A stretch of 49,972 nt of DNA from Deinococcales bacterium (GCA_031414595.1 JANNVX010000060.1:1-49972), one strand, 5' to 3'; shown: positions 19,926 to 29,819, counted from the stretch's first letter. Translations and numbers: made by a program. Notes: generated by a model not told the origin, from the sequence alone.

Positions 19926-21074
19926 TCGCCCAGCAATCACGGCTCGAGACGCACCTGTGGTCTGCGGCAGGGTGTTCTGCCAACCGTGAAAGGCGTAGTA
20001 CCCCAAGAGTGCAAAGGCGGCAGCTTCCCTCGTAACACTGGTAAAACCATACTTCCCAAATTTAGAATCCTCGAGTTTTAAGACTGGTACGTTTAAGCTC
20101 GAGGTGATTTGCTCCATCAAAACAGTGTTGGCAGTTCCGCCACCTGCCACTAAAATCTCGTCTAAGCCGTGTGGAATCACAAAGCGTTGGTATTGGTCGG
20201 CGATTATAAAAGCGGTTAAAGTGGTCACATTCGCCACAATATCCTTTGGGGAAAGTTCAAAAACACTCGGCAGTTTCTCGAGTGTCCAGTATTCGCGCCC
20301 AGTGCTTTTGGGCGGGGTTAATTCTAAGTACGGGTCTTGTTGCCAGAGTTCCAGTAAGCGCGGCTCAAGTTTGCCCGAAGCCGCAATTTTTCCACCTTCA
20401 TCAAAGCGTTGCCCGAGACGGTTCATGGTTTCGTCTATCAGGCAATTGGCGGGTCCAGTGTCAAATGCCAGCACACCATTGGCATCTAGTCCCGGCAGAT
20501 AGGTCAAATTAGAAATCCCACCCAGATTATGAACCGCCCGATTTACGCCAGCTTCGGCAAAAAAAATGCGATCTGCAAATGGCACAAGCGGTGCGCCTTG
20601 CCCTCCAGCCACAAGGTCGGCACTACGAAAATCTGAAATTACTGGTTTGCCAGTCTCAAGTGCCATAAAAGCAGGGTCGCCAATTTGTAAGGTACTGCGA
20701 ACCGTCCAATTCCGTGCTGAATCCAAACGTGGGATATGATAAACAGTCTGTCCGTGACTGGCAATCAGGTCAGCATCTCGAGCAAGGTCTTTGGCTGCGT
20801 GGGCATAAAATTCGCCCAGCGCAAAAGATAATTGCGTTAAACTCGAGACTCCGATTTTATCCTGCATGGCTTCAAGTACCCACAGGCGCAAATCATCTGG
20901 ATACGGAGTGTATTGGTGTTCACTGACCTTAGCCCGAGGCAAAGACGACTCGAGACTTGGGGCTTGACCACCCAAGCCTAGGGCTGGGAATTTAGGAAGC
21001 TCGAGCAGGACGCAATCCACACCATCGGCGCTCGTGCCGCTCATCATGCCTAAAATTCGAGGGGCGCGTTTCAT
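19911..21074 (-). CDS. anmK: Anhydro-N-acetylmuramic acid kinase
   Basis: GMMSGTSADGVD, SHGQT, GGQGAPLVP, NLGGISN, FDTGPAN, PPKSTGRE. Confidence 0.95.
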   Translation of the reverse strand: MKRAPRILGMMSGTSADGVDCVLLELPKFPALGLGGQAPSLESSLPRAKVSEHQYTPYPDDLRLWVLEAMQDKIGVSSLTQLSFALGEFYAHAAKDLARDADLIASHGQTVYHIPRLDSARNWTVRSTLQIGDPAFMALETGKPVISDFRSADLVAGGQGAPLVPFADRIFFAEAGVNRAVHNLGGISNLTYLPGLDANGVLAFDTGPANCLIDETMNRLGQRFDEGGKIAASGKLEPRLLELWQQDPYLELTPPKSTGREYWTLEKLPSVFELSPKDIVANVTTLTAFIIADQYQRFVIPHGLDEILVAGGGTANTVLMEQITSSLNVPVLKLEDSKFGKYGFTSVTREAAAFALLGYYAFHGWQNTLPQTTGASRAVIAGRLTKP

Positions 21075-21133
21075 GGTTGTCCTTGATAATCAGGAGACAT
21101 ATTCACTTAGTTTATAGGGTAAACTAGCCAGTT

Positions 21134-22693
21134 ATGAAAGCCTTGATTGCAATCTTGCTTGTCGTGGTGTTGGCGGTAGCGGCTGCCCAAGTCGCCCCAA
21201 CCGACCCGCCCGTGCCTCCCGCCCCAACGCAACCCGTCCCAGACCCTGTTGTGCCACCAGAACCACCCACACCAGAACCAAGTTTACCAGCCCCAGTTCC
21301 AGCCCCAGCCAACCCAACCCAACCCGCCCCACCGACCCAACAACCAACTGCCCCAGCCCAACCGCTTAAGCCTGTTCCAACCCCTAAGCCAGTGACTAAA
21401 CCACCAGCCAAGCCCGTGGCAGTTAAACCCGCGCCTAAACCAGTGGCAGTCTTGCCGCTCGAGTTGCGTTTAGAGACCACCGAAGCCGAAATTCGGGGTG
21501 GCGAGCTTCGTAATGTCTTAATTATGCGCTCCTTTAAGTTGCCCAATAAAAGCGTGACCTTAAGCCGTAAAAACCAAAAGCCATCGGTTGGACTCGAGAC
21601 AGCCATCCAAAACATTTGGCGTGGCTTAGCTAGAAATTCTGCCGATGCCATCTGGTTCTTTGAAAAAAGCAGCAAGACTTGGATTGCCAGCCAACAAAGC
21701 GCTTGGACAGTGGATACAAAACAAAGCCGTGCCTTTGTCCTCGAGGCGCTTAAGTACAACAAACCAAGCGCTCGGATTGTGGTGCAACGCAGCAACCCTA
21801 AACGCAATCTGGCAGATTGGCACAAAGCGGGCATTCGTTATCATTTTGGTGGCGGCGAAAGTTATTTTCGCGGTAGCTCGAGTTTTCGCATGACCAACAT
21901 TGTGGCTGGGGCAAAACAAATAGATAACATCACGATTGCTTCTGGTGCAAATTTTAATTTTAACCGTGATGTTGGTATTTCCAGAGAACTCGGTTTTGTG
22001 GATGGATACATCATCAAAGGCGGAATTCTCGAGAAAGACATCGGCGGCGGAATTTGTCAGGTCAGCACCACCGTCTGGCGAGCCGCTTATAATGCTGGTT
22101 TACCAATTGTGCAACGCAATTTTCATTCGTACCGCGTCTCGTATTATGACCCTCCGGGTTTTGAAGCCACGGTCTTTTCGCCGTACAAGAACCTGATTTT
22201 TAAGAACGATACTGGCGCACCACTTTTTGTCCAAGTAACTTGGTATCTACGCAGCCAAAAACTCGAGATGCACTTTTTCGGACGCAAGCCAGACCGTAAA
22301 GTCAGTATTTCAGATGGCTATATTTACAATGTCCGCCAACCACCCGCGCCGCGCTTTGTGGCAGACCCAGAAATTAAATTTGGACGTGCCAAACGCTTAT
22401 CGGGTGCAGAACGAGGCATGAATGTCCGCATTAACCGCGTGGTGAGTTACAACAGTGGCACAGTGGCAAGGGACACGACTTTTAGTTCTTATGTGCCTTG
22501 GGGTGAACTCTGGGCGGTTAATCCCAACGATGCTCGAGTCCGCAAGAATATTACTGTTCCCAATGCCATGAGCCTACCAAGCATACCCAATGCAACTGCC
22601 TCGAGTACCCCAAGCCCATTGACTTTAATAACAGCCGCACAATTACCGACCTTGAGTAAACCCGCCGTTGGTGGCGCATCAGAACAACGGTGA
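21134..22693 (+). CDS. VanW family secreted protein with Pro-rich N-terminus and G5-like C-terminus
   Basis: Signal peptide, GGGICQVSTT, HSYRVSYY, LIFKNDT. Confidence 0.88.
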   Translation: MKALIAILLVVVLAVAAAQVAPTDPPVPPAPTQPVPDPVVPPEPPTPEPSLPAPVPAPANPTQPAPPTQQPTAPAQPLKPVPTPKPVTKPPAKPVAVKPAPKPVAVLPLELRLETTEAEIRGGELRNVLIMRSFKLPNKSVTLSRKNQKPSVGLETAIQNIWRGLARNSADAIWFFEKSSKTWIASQQSAWTVDTKQSRAFVLEALKYNKPSARIVVQRSNPKRNLADWHKAGIRYHFGGGESYFRGSSSFRMTNIVAGAKQIDNITIASGANFNFNRDVGISRELGFVDGYIIKGGILEKDIGGGICQVSTTVWRAAYNAGLPIVQRNFHSYRVSYYDPPGFEATVFSPYKNLIFKNDTGAPLFVQVTWYLRSQKLEMHFFGRKPDRKVSISDGYIYNVRQPPAPRFVADPEIKFGRAKRLSGAERGMNVRINRVVSYNSGTVARDTTFSSYVPWGELWAVNPNDARVRKNITVPNAMSLPSIPNATASSTPSPLTLITAAQLPTLSKPAVGGASEQR

Positions 22694-22721
22694 GACTAGG
22701 GGCTATGAGCCACAAACTAAC

Positions 22722-23297
22722 TCATAGCTCAAATACTCGCTCGAGCCGCACCGCTTGGGCGAGTATTTTTTTGAATTCTCGTTCCGGCACAAGGTATGCC
22801 CCAAATCGCTCGAGATGCGGATTTTGAATTTGGGCATCAAAGAGCAAAAAGTTTTTTGCTGCCAAGTGTTGAGCTAAGCGCACCAAGGCAACTTTGCCGC
22901 ATTCTGGAACAATCGTAAACATACTCTCGCCAATAAAAGCCGCACCGATGGCTAAACCCAGCACGCCCCCAGCCAGTTGGTTATCCACCCATGTTTCAAA
23001 ACTATGGGCAATCCCAGCGCGGTGTAACTCGAGATAAACCGCCAATAATTCTGGAGTAATCCAAGTCTCGGGTCGGTTGGCGCAACCGCGTACCACGGCT
23101 GCAAAGTCCGAGTTAATCCGAGTCTCAAAATGGCTCGAGTTTAGTTTTCGTTTCAGGCTTGTTGGAATATGCAGCCGTTCGTCGAGTGGAATCAGGGCGT
23201 GAACTCGGCTCGAGTACCAATTTAAGCCTTCGCCATTGTCCATGAGAAAGTATCCTTCTCGGTAGGCGGCAACGACACTGGCAGGTGTAAAGTTCAT
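22722..23297 (-). CDS. aat: Leucyl/phenylalanyl-tRNA--protein transferase
   Basis: AYREGYF, TWIT, AHSFETW, FIGESMF, NPHLERFGA. Confidence 0.93.
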   Translation of the reverse strand: MNFTPASVVAAYREGYFLMDNGEGLNWYSSRVHALIPLDERLHIPTSLKRKLNSSHFETRINSDFAAVVRGCANRPETWITPELLAVYLELHRAGIAHSFETWVDNQLAGGVLGLAIGAAFIGESMFTIVPECGKVALVRLAQHLAAKNFLLFDAQIQNPHLERFGAYLVPEREFKKILAQAVRLERVFEL

Positions 23298-23310
23298 GCC
23301 CTGATTTTTT

Positions 23311-23586
23311 TTAGGCTTGTGGGTCTGGGGCTTGTGGCTGCATCACCAATGGTGGGGCGCTGTCATCGGTGCGATACAAACTAAATCCTTCGATTTCTGA
23401 TGGCACAACCCAGTAGACCGCGCCTTCAAAATTCATAATTAAGGCATGGTGCTGCTCGGTGGCAACTTTAATCCCGGCGTACATTCTCGAGACACCCTCG
23501 GCGAGTTGTTGGGCTTCTTCTTGTGTGGCTGCCCGTCCAACCACGACTTCACGACCACTTTTTAGGAGTAATAATAATTCGTACAT
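23311..23586 (-). CDS. Hypothetical protein
   Basis: ORF between aat and def with protein-like composition; start could be 23604. Confidence 0.6.
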   Translation of the reverse strand: MYELLLLLKSGREVVVGRAATQEEAQQLAEGVSRMYAGIKVATEQHHALIMNFEGAVYWVVPSEIEGFSLYRTDDSAPPLVMQPQAPDPQA

Positions 23587-23626
23587 AGGCGCAGAATCTA
23601 ACATAGATTTTTGGTAAACTCGAGTT

Positions 23627-24193
23627 ATGGTTTTACCGATTCGACTTTATGGCGACCCTATTTTACGTGCCAAAGCCCGTCCCGTAACTGATTTTAAGCC
23701 ATTGCCGCAACTGATGGCGGACATGCTCGAGACGATGCACGAAGCAAAAGGCGTTGGTTTAGCCGCGCCGCAAATTGGACTTTCACAACAAATTTTTGTT
23801 TGGGCAGAGTACGACGACGAAGAGGAGGAGGGTGAAGAAAGCACCTCTAAAATTTTATCCGAACACATCATGGTCAATCCTCAACTCGAGATGCTTGAAC
23901 AAACCGCCGTTCTTGGAATCGAAGGCTGCCTGAGTATCCCAGGGATTTTTGAAGATGGGGTGGCTCGAGCCAGAGCGGTACGGGTGCATTACCAAAACGA
24001 ATATGGAGAAGCCAAAATTCTTGAGTTAGAAGATTACAATGCTCGGGTGGTGCAACACGAATCTGATCATTTGATTGGGCGCTTGTATTTTGATTTACTG
24101 CCCAAGTCGGTTCTCGAGACACACCGCAGTGACTTAGCGCAAATGCAAAAAGATGCCAAGGCGTTCTTGAGGGAATTGAAGCAAAAGGGGTAG
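23627..24193 (+). CDS. def: Peptide deformylase
   Basis: GVGLAAPQIG, EGCLSIPG, QHESDHL. Confidence 0.97.
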   Translation: MVLPIRLYGDPILRAKARPVTDFKPLPQLMADMLETMHEAKGVGLAAPQIGLSQQIFVWAEYDDEEEEGEESTSKILSEHIMVNPQLEMLEQTAVLGIEGCLSIPGIFEDGVARARAVRVHYQNEYGEAKILELEDYNARVVQHESDHLIGRLYFDLLPKSVLETHRSDLAQMQKDAKAFLRELKQKG

Positions 24194-24202
24194 AAGTGGC
24201 AG

Positions 24203-24303
24203 GGAGACCACAAGCGACCATGCCCGTGAAGTGCGTGTTTATGGTCAAGAAGGGTCTCCTCTACAAAAACAATATCTTGTAGGGGAGGGTCTTGTACCCT
24301 CCC
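24203..24303. repeat. Pair of inverted GTAG-REP hairpins (REPIN/BIME-like); the first carries a 38-bp insert
   Basis: GGAGACC acaag [38bp] GGTCTCC T CTAC, then GTAG GGGAGGGT cttgt ACCCTCCC. Confidence 0.7.
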
Positions 24304-24333
24304 TGTAAGAGAAATGGTACTTAGGTGAAAATA

Positions 24334-25254
24334 ATGAAACCCCGTGTTGCTTTTTTTGGTTCTCCAGCTTTTGCCCTGCCTGTTCTCGAGGCGATTCGGG
24401 CGCAATTTGAAGTTGTCTTGGTTGTGACTCAACCCAGTAAACCCGCCGGACGAGGCTTAAAACTTACGCCTCCAGCCGTGGCAGCTAGGGCGTTGGAATT
24501 GGGCTTAAAACTCGAGCAACCCAACAAACTGCGTAAGAACGAGGCTTTTGCAGATGTCTTGCGCTCGAGTGGTGCAGATGTTGCTGTGACTTGTGCTTAC
24601 GGCAAAATTTTACCTGCTTCTATTCTCGAGATTCCAAAGTACGGGTTTTTGAATGTCCATACCAGTTTATTGCCCAAGTACCGAGGCGCAGCCCCGATTC
24701 AATGGGCAATTCTGAATGGGGAAACCCAAACAGGTGTCACCATCATGAAAACCGATGTTGGCATGGACACGGGCGATATTGCGCTTTTTGGGTCACTCGA
24801 GATTGGCGCATTGGAGACCAGCCTTGAACTCGCACCGCGCTTATCGGCTTTGGGAGCGGATTTAATTGTACAGGCGTTGAATAATCTCGAGCGGCTAACT
24901 TTTACGCCGCAAAATCACGACTTAGCAACCCATGCACGAATGCTCGAGAAAGAAGATGGGCGGATTGATTATCAAAAAAATACAGTCTCGAGTTTTAATC
25001 AATTCAGGGCGTTGGCGGGTTGGCCCGGTTCATTTACTTATCTCAACGGCAAACTCTTAAAAGTCTATTCAATGCGCCTCTCGAGTGGGTCTGGAAAAGC
25101 TGGCGAGATTCTGCGTTTTGAGTCTGGTGTGGTGGTGGCGACTTTGGACGGCGCACTGGAATTCCTAGAAGTTCAACCCGAAGGTAAGCCAAAAATAAAT
25201 GCCCTCGAGTGGGCAAGGGGTTATCAAATTAAAATCGGTACAATGTTTTCGTGA
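24334..25254 (+). CDS. fmt: Methionyl-tRNA formyltransferase
   Basis: FFGSPAFA, VTQPSKPAGRG, NVHTSLLPKYRGAAPI, MDTGD. Confidence 0.97.
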   Translation: MKPRVAFFGSPAFALPVLEAIRAQFEVVLVVTQPSKPAGRGLKLTPPAVAARALELGLKLEQPNKLRKNEAFADVLRSSGADVAVTCAYGKILPASILEIPKYGFLNVHTSLLPKYRGAAPIQWAILNGETQTGVTIMKTDVGMDTGDIALFGSLEIGALETSLELAPRLSALGADLIVQALNNLERLTFTPQNHDLATHARMLEKEDGRIDYQKNTVSSFNQFRALAGWPGSFTYLNGKLLKVYSMRLSSGSGKAGEILRFESGVVVATLDGALEFLEVQPEGKPKINALEWARGYQIKIGTMFS

Positions 25255-26366
25255 AACCCGAAGAATTGAAAAAAGCCGCCCTTGACCTTGGGTTTGATGC
25301 TGCCGCGTGGGTCAGTGCAGTCACTCCGTCTCGAGACATTCAAGGGTTTGAGGCGTGGCTGGGGGCTGGGCAACAGGCGGGTATGGATTATTTGGAGCGC
25401 AGTGTCGCTAGACGCGCCGATATCCGCACAACCTTTGCACCTGCCAGAAGTGCTTTGGTGTTATTGGTCTCGCACAACCATACCGCGCCAGAAAAACCAA
25501 GCAGCGGTACTCGAGTTGGCAGGGTGGCACGGTACGCTTGGAGTGAAGATTATCACACCACCTTAAAACCAGTTTTGCAAAAACTCGAGCAGATTGCAGC
25601 AAGCATGGGAATCGCTGCCAAAGCCTGTATTGACCATGCGCCAATTTTAGAACGTGGTTTTGCCGCTAGAGCCGGACTGGGTTGGCAAGGACGCTCTAGT
25701 CAACTGATTAGCACTCAGCTAGGCGCATTGACCACACTGGCGGTGCTGCTGACCGACCTCGAGCCACTACCAGCAGCCCTCCCCTTTCCAGACCGTTGTG
25801 GAACTTGTACGGCTTGTGTGGCTACATGCCCAACCGAGGCGATTATGCACAACCGCACAGTTGACTCGAGACGCTGCATTGCCTATTACACCGTCGAGCA
25901 TCGCGGGGCAGTGCCTACCGAACTGCGGCATCGTTTTGGCGACCATCTGTTTGGCTGCGACGACTGCTTGGACATCTGCCCGTGGACAAATCATGCTGGG
26001 TATTTTTCAAATCTGCTCGAGCCAATCCCAGAATTTGCCTATCCAAATATCGAACCCTTTTTTCTCGAGTCCGGCACATGGTTTCTTAAACATTTTGCCC
26101 AGACTGCCTTCTCGAGGGCGAGACGTAAAGGCATGGCTCGCAATGCGGCAATGGTACTGGGAAATCTGCGTGACCAGCAGCACCTTTGGTTACTCGAGCA
26201 AGGCTTAACCGATATTGGTTGGGAGGTGCGTGAAGCCAGCGCTTGGAGCATAGGTTGCTTTGCCCCAAACAATCAAAAACTTGAAGCCCATACCGACCCC
26301 GACCCTCGAGTAACACAAACGGCTATTCGGGCTTTACGGGGAGATTTTCTGGTTGTGGGGTCATAA
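25251..26366 (+). CDS. queG: tRNA epoxyqueuosine reductase
   Basis: VARYAW..DYH, ER.FAARAGLGW.G, CGTCTACVATCPT, FGCDDCLDICPW. Confidence 0.93.
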   Translation: MKPEELKKAALDLGFDAAAWVSAVTPSRDIQGFEAWLGAGQQAGMDYLERSVARRADIRTTFAPARSALVLLVSHNHTAPEKPSSGTRVGRVARYAWSEDYHTTLKPVLQKLEQIAASMGIAAKACIDHAPILERGFAARAGLGWQGRSSQLISTQLGALTTLAVLLTDLEPLPAALPFPDRCGTCTACVATCPTEAIMHNRTVDSRRCIAYYTVEHRGAVPTELRHRFGDHLFGCDDCLDICPWTNHAGYFSNLLEPIPEFAYPNIEPFFLESGTWFLKHFAQTAFSRARRKGMARNAAMVLGNLRDQQHLWLLEQGLTDIGWEVREASAWSIGCFAPNNQKLEAHTDPDPRVTQTAIRALRGDFLVVGS

Positions 26367-26835
26367 AAGAAGGGCTGGGGTTGTTGGTACGCCGTCTTGC
26401 CTGATGCGCCAGAATTCGTTCACCTTTCGCCGAATGCGTCACCAAAGGCAAAAGTTTTTTAGCGGCTTGTACCCATGCACTGACTTCTTCTAGGGTTGGG
26501 TCGCGTCGCGCTAGGTTTTTAGCCGCATTGACCTCAAGCAGTTTTTGATGCAGATTTTGCGGGATTCGGTTTCGCAGTTCTTTTACGGTGTCCACCCCTG
26601 CCGCCTCAAGCAAATCCGAAAATTGTGTCCCGACCCGAGGCACGCGCATTAAATCGGCGCGATTCACCCAAGCCAGTAAGCGCTTCTCGGAGATTTTAAG
26701 TTCAAGCGCTAAATCTTTACGTCCACGCAAATGGGCGGCTTTTTTGAGTAATGCCGTAGTGGTCTTTAACCCTAGTGTCTCGAGTCTTAGTGCGTAATTC
26801 TTACCGATACCTTCAATGTCAATCAGTTTTGCCAT
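26323..26835 (-). CDS. DUF4332 domain protein
   Basis: MAKLIDIEGIG, WVNRADLMRV..VG.QFSDLLEAAGVDTVKEL. Confidence 0.85.
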   Translation of the reverse strand: MAKLIDIEGIGKNYALRLETLGLKTTTALLKKAAHLRGRKDLALELKISEKRLLAWVNRADLMRVPRVGTQFSDLLEAAGVDTVKELRNRIPQNLHQKLLEVNAAKNLARRDPTLEEVSAWVQAAKKLLPLVTHSAKGERILAHQARRRTNNPSPSFMTPQPENLPVKPE

Positions 26836-26919
26836 GTTTACCTTCAATCAGTCCTGCCATGTTTACCTTCAATCAGTCCCGCCATGTTTACCTTCAATCA
26901 GTCCTGCCATGTTTACCTT
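26831..26919. repeat. 25-bp tandem repeat, about 3.5 copies
   Basis: GCCATGTTTACCTTCAATCAGTCCY at 26831, 26856, 26881 and partial at 26906. Confidence 0.95.
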
Positions 26920-27701
26920 AAGAAATTTCTAATCCACGTTGCTACACCGTTTTCTTCGGGCGGAGCGATGGTTTCATTGGCAATTCCGCTTTGGTGGGCT
27001 TCGGTTTCTCCAACTGCCACGCCATGCCCAGCCCATTCAAGCATGGTTAAATCGTTGTTGCCATCGCCAAAGGCAATTGTGTCTTTTTGGGCAATGCCAA
27101 GATGTGCCGCAATCATCTCCAAGGCTGCGCCTTTATGCGCCCCGGGTGGGGCAACCTCAAGGTAATACTCTCCCCACGGGTAGAAGGTATGGTTTGGGTA
27201 ATCTTGGCGCAGGGTGGCTAAGTGCTGGTGTACCCCAGACCCATGTAGGGTCAGTTTGGCGGGTTCGGCTATCGGAAATCGATCAAAAAAAGGTTGTACC
27301 AAACGGGCTTCTTTACGAACCCAATCCCAGTAAGGTTTGCCGTCAGAACGCATAGACTCTGGGTTTTTGACAAAGACATCCATTTCAACTGGTACAAAAA
27401 ACTCTTCAACCAGTGGTGCATACCTTTCAATGATGTTGCGGGTCTCGAGATGACTTAACCGTAAATCGCGCATCAAATCGCCATTTGGGTAGGTCACACA
27501 ACCACCTTGGGCAGTTCCGACTGGGGTCTCGAGGTTTAATTGCTCGAGAAAGGGTTTAGCACTGGCATGGACTCGTCCTGTAATCACGGTGACAATATGC
27601 CCAGCAGTCCGTGCCAATTGAATCGCTTCTAGGATAGATTCGGGAATCTGATAATCATGGGTAACGATTGTTCCATCGAGGTCAAAAGCAAGCAATTTCA
27701 C
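26913..27701 (-). CDS. Cof-type HAD-IIB hydrolase
   Basis: AFDLDGT, ITGR, KGAAL, AFGDGNNDLTML. Confidence 0.93.
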   Translation of the reverse strand: MKLLAFDLDGTIVTHDYQIPESILEAIQLARTAGHIVTVITGRVHASAKPFLEQLNLETPVGTAQGGCVTYPNGDLMRDLRLSHLETRNIIERYAPLVEEFFVPVEMDVFVKNPESMRSDGKPYWDWVRKEARLVQPFFDRFPIAEPAKLTLHGSGVHQHLATLRQDYPNHTFYPWGEYYLEVAPPGAHKGAALEMIAAHLGIAQKDTIAFGDGNNDLTMLEWAGHGVAVGETEAHQSGIANETIAPPEENGVATWIRNFLR

Positions 27702-27801
27702 GCACCTAGCCTAACACAGCTCTGGATTTAGCTAAAACAAACCCTCAATGTGAAAAATCGTTTGCGATTAACATAAAGATTTGTTAATCTGTGGCTACCT
27801 T

Positions 27802-28758
27802 ATGTCTCCAGAAGTCAACGATGAAATCAGTTTGCGTGATGTTTACCTCATCATCAAAAAACACCTTCGCTTAATCCTTGGAATAACTGCTTTTGTAACT
27901 GCCGTTGCCCTGATTTTAGTCTTGGTTTTACCCAAAACCTTCTCGAGTCAGGTGGTGATGAATTTATCGGTCAATGCTGAGCGTCCCGAATTCAAAGCCG
28001 CGCCAAATGCCGTTGGCTTATCTCAGGGATTTATTCAATTGGTAAATAACGAATCCCTAGCCACAACCTTACAAGAAGAGCGCTTGGAAAGCATTTTTAA
28101 GGCAAAGTATGACGACAAAAAATCACTATTGACCTTAAATGCTTATGCCGATAATCCAGAATTAGCCTTGTCTCGAGCCGAACGGTTTCAAATGGCGGCA
28201 ATCAATTACTTTAATAAGCAAATCAGTGATACCGTCCGTACAAACTTAAAGTCAACCTTAGCCCAATTAGAAATTGACCTGTCCAGCAGCCAAGATAACT
28301 TAAAACGCTTAGAGCCGTTGCTGAATTCAACCAAAGGAATAACCAACAACACCCAAGACACGGCAGCGCTCGAATCTAAGGGAATAGACCCGCAATTGGC
28401 TCGAGCCAGCAATCCAGCCTTGGTCAATTTGGCATTGCAGATTTCACAAATTAAGGTGGGTTTAGCTGCCCTACAAGCCAGACAAAATTCTTTAGGGTCC
28501 ATCCTTCAAAACCAAAAAGCCTTTGATTCGCTGTTAGGTCAAGGTTTTCAGGTGCAAGTTTTGGCAGTGCCTGCCAAAGCTATTGTTGCTGAAGCCCCAA
28601 AACCGGGAATGATTACCGCCTTAGCTGCTGTGGCTGGTTTACTAATTGGACTGGTTGGTGCTTTTGTTCTCGAGGCACTTCGTCCAGCCGCTTATGAATA
28701 TGGTTTTAAGGAAAATAACCGCCGTATTATTGTGCCTCAAGCCAGCCCCGGCGACTAA
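27802..28758 (+). CDS. Wzz/FepE-like chain-length determinant
   Basis: DEISLRD N-terminus, two TM helices flanking a coiled coil, P..PK before the C-terminal TM. Confidence 0.75.
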   Translation: MSPEVNDEISLRDVYLIIKKHLRLILGITAFVTAVALILVLVLPKTFSSQVVMNLSVNAERPEFKAAPNAVGLSQGFIQLVNNESLATTLQEERLESIFKAKYDDKKSLLTLNAYADNPELALSRAERFQMAAINYFNKQISDTVRTNLKSTLAQLEIDLSSSQDNLKRLEPLLNSTKGITNNTQDTAALESKGIDPQLARASNPALVNLALQISQIKVGLAALQARQNSLGSILQNQKAFDSLLGQGFQVQVLAVPAKAIVAEAPKPGMITALAAVAGLLIGLVGAFVLEALRPAAYEYGFKENNRRIIVPQASPGD

Positions 28759-28763
28759 TGAGC

Positions 28764-28798
28764 GTTCAGCGACTAGCTTCTAGTCGTTAGCTACTAGC
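28764..28798. repeat. Heptameric short tandem repeat (5 units), copy A
   Basis: gttcagc gactagc ttctagt cgttagc tactagc. Confidence 0.65.
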
Positions 28799-28878
28799 CA
28801 TCACGGACTACACGCGATTGTATTTCTAAAAATGCTTTACAGAATAGCGCCACTAATCGCGCATTGAAGATAGTGCAA

Positions 28879-29802
28879 CTAATCGCGCATTAAATGGTAC
28901 AGCAGGGCTTTTTGGGCATGTAGCCGATTTTCGGCTTGGTCAAAAACCCTAGATTTTTGGTGCATTGTGGCTTCTTCAACCACTTCCTCGCCGTAATGGG
29001 CTGGTAAGCAATGCAGAAAAATCGCGTCTGAGGTGGTTTTCTCGAGCAGTTCGGGATTGACTTGAAAACCAGCAAAATCACGAATTTTACGCCGCTCAGA
29101 AGCCTCTTGTTCTTGTCCCATGCTGACCCAAACATCGGTGTACAGAACCTTGGCATTCTGGGCTGCGCTTTGTGGGTCATTGGTCAATTTGACTTTCGCA
29201 CCTTGCTCGAGGGTATGAAGAATTACGGCAGCATTGGGTTCATAACCGCGTGGTGTGGCTATGGTGAGGTTAATACCCGTCAAAAGCGCCATTTCAATAA
29301 AACTATTTGCCATGTTGTTGCCGTCACCAATATAAGTAACCGCTAAATCCTTAACTTGACCAAAATTCTCTTCGATGGTCTGAAAATCTGCCAGCAACTG
29401 GACAGGATGTAAATAATCCGATAAACCGTTGATGACTGGTTTTTGGGAGTGCTTAGACAATTCTTCTAAGGTCGAATGCAAAAAAACCCGTGCCATGATG
29501 CCGTCTACCCAGCGCTCGAGATTGAGGGCAATATCACGCACGGGTTCTCGTGTGCCAAGTCCAATTTCAGCATTGGTCAGGTTGACACTATGCCCACCAA
29601 GTTGAAACATCGCCACATCAAAAGTGGTACGGGTACGAAGACTGGGTTTTTCAAAAATCATCGCTAGGGTCTTGCCCTCGAGTGGTTTTTGTCCACGCAT
29701 CTCACCACGTTTTAGCGCATGAGCCGTGTCCATCAAACCTCGGTATTCGGGCGGGGTCAGGTCAAGGTTTCTTAAAAAGTCGCGTCCGCGTAAATCAGTC
29801 AT
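28879..29802 (-). CDS. argF: Ornithine carbamoyltransferase
   Basis: FEKPSLRTR, HPVQLLAD, GDGNNM, DVWVSMG, FLHCLP, QAENRLH. Confidence 0.96.
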   Translation of the reverse strand: MTDLRGRDFLRNLDLTPPEYRGLMDTAHALKRGEMRGQKPLEGKTLAMIFEKPSLRTRTTFDVAMFQLGGHSVNLTNAEIGLGTREPVRDIALNLERWVDGIMARVFLHSTLEELSKHSQKPVINGLSDYLHPVQLLADFQTIEENFGQVKDLAVTYIGDGNNMANSFIEMALLTGINLTIATPRGYEPNAAVILHTLEQGAKVKLTNDPQSAAQNAKVLYTDVWVSMGQEQEASERRKIRDFAGFQVNPELLEKTTSDAIFLHCLPAHYGEEVVEEATMHQKSRVFDQAENRLHAQKALLYHLMRD

Positions 29803-29819
29803 GGCTCGAGTCTACAGGT

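Noticed and set aside
21190-21450. C/A-rich repetitive DNA
   Set aside because: Explained by the Pro-rich linker of the VanW protein; the same applies to 7590-7680
26831-26919. Possible CRISPR array
   Set aside because: Units are contiguous with no unique spacers, and there are no cas genes in the window
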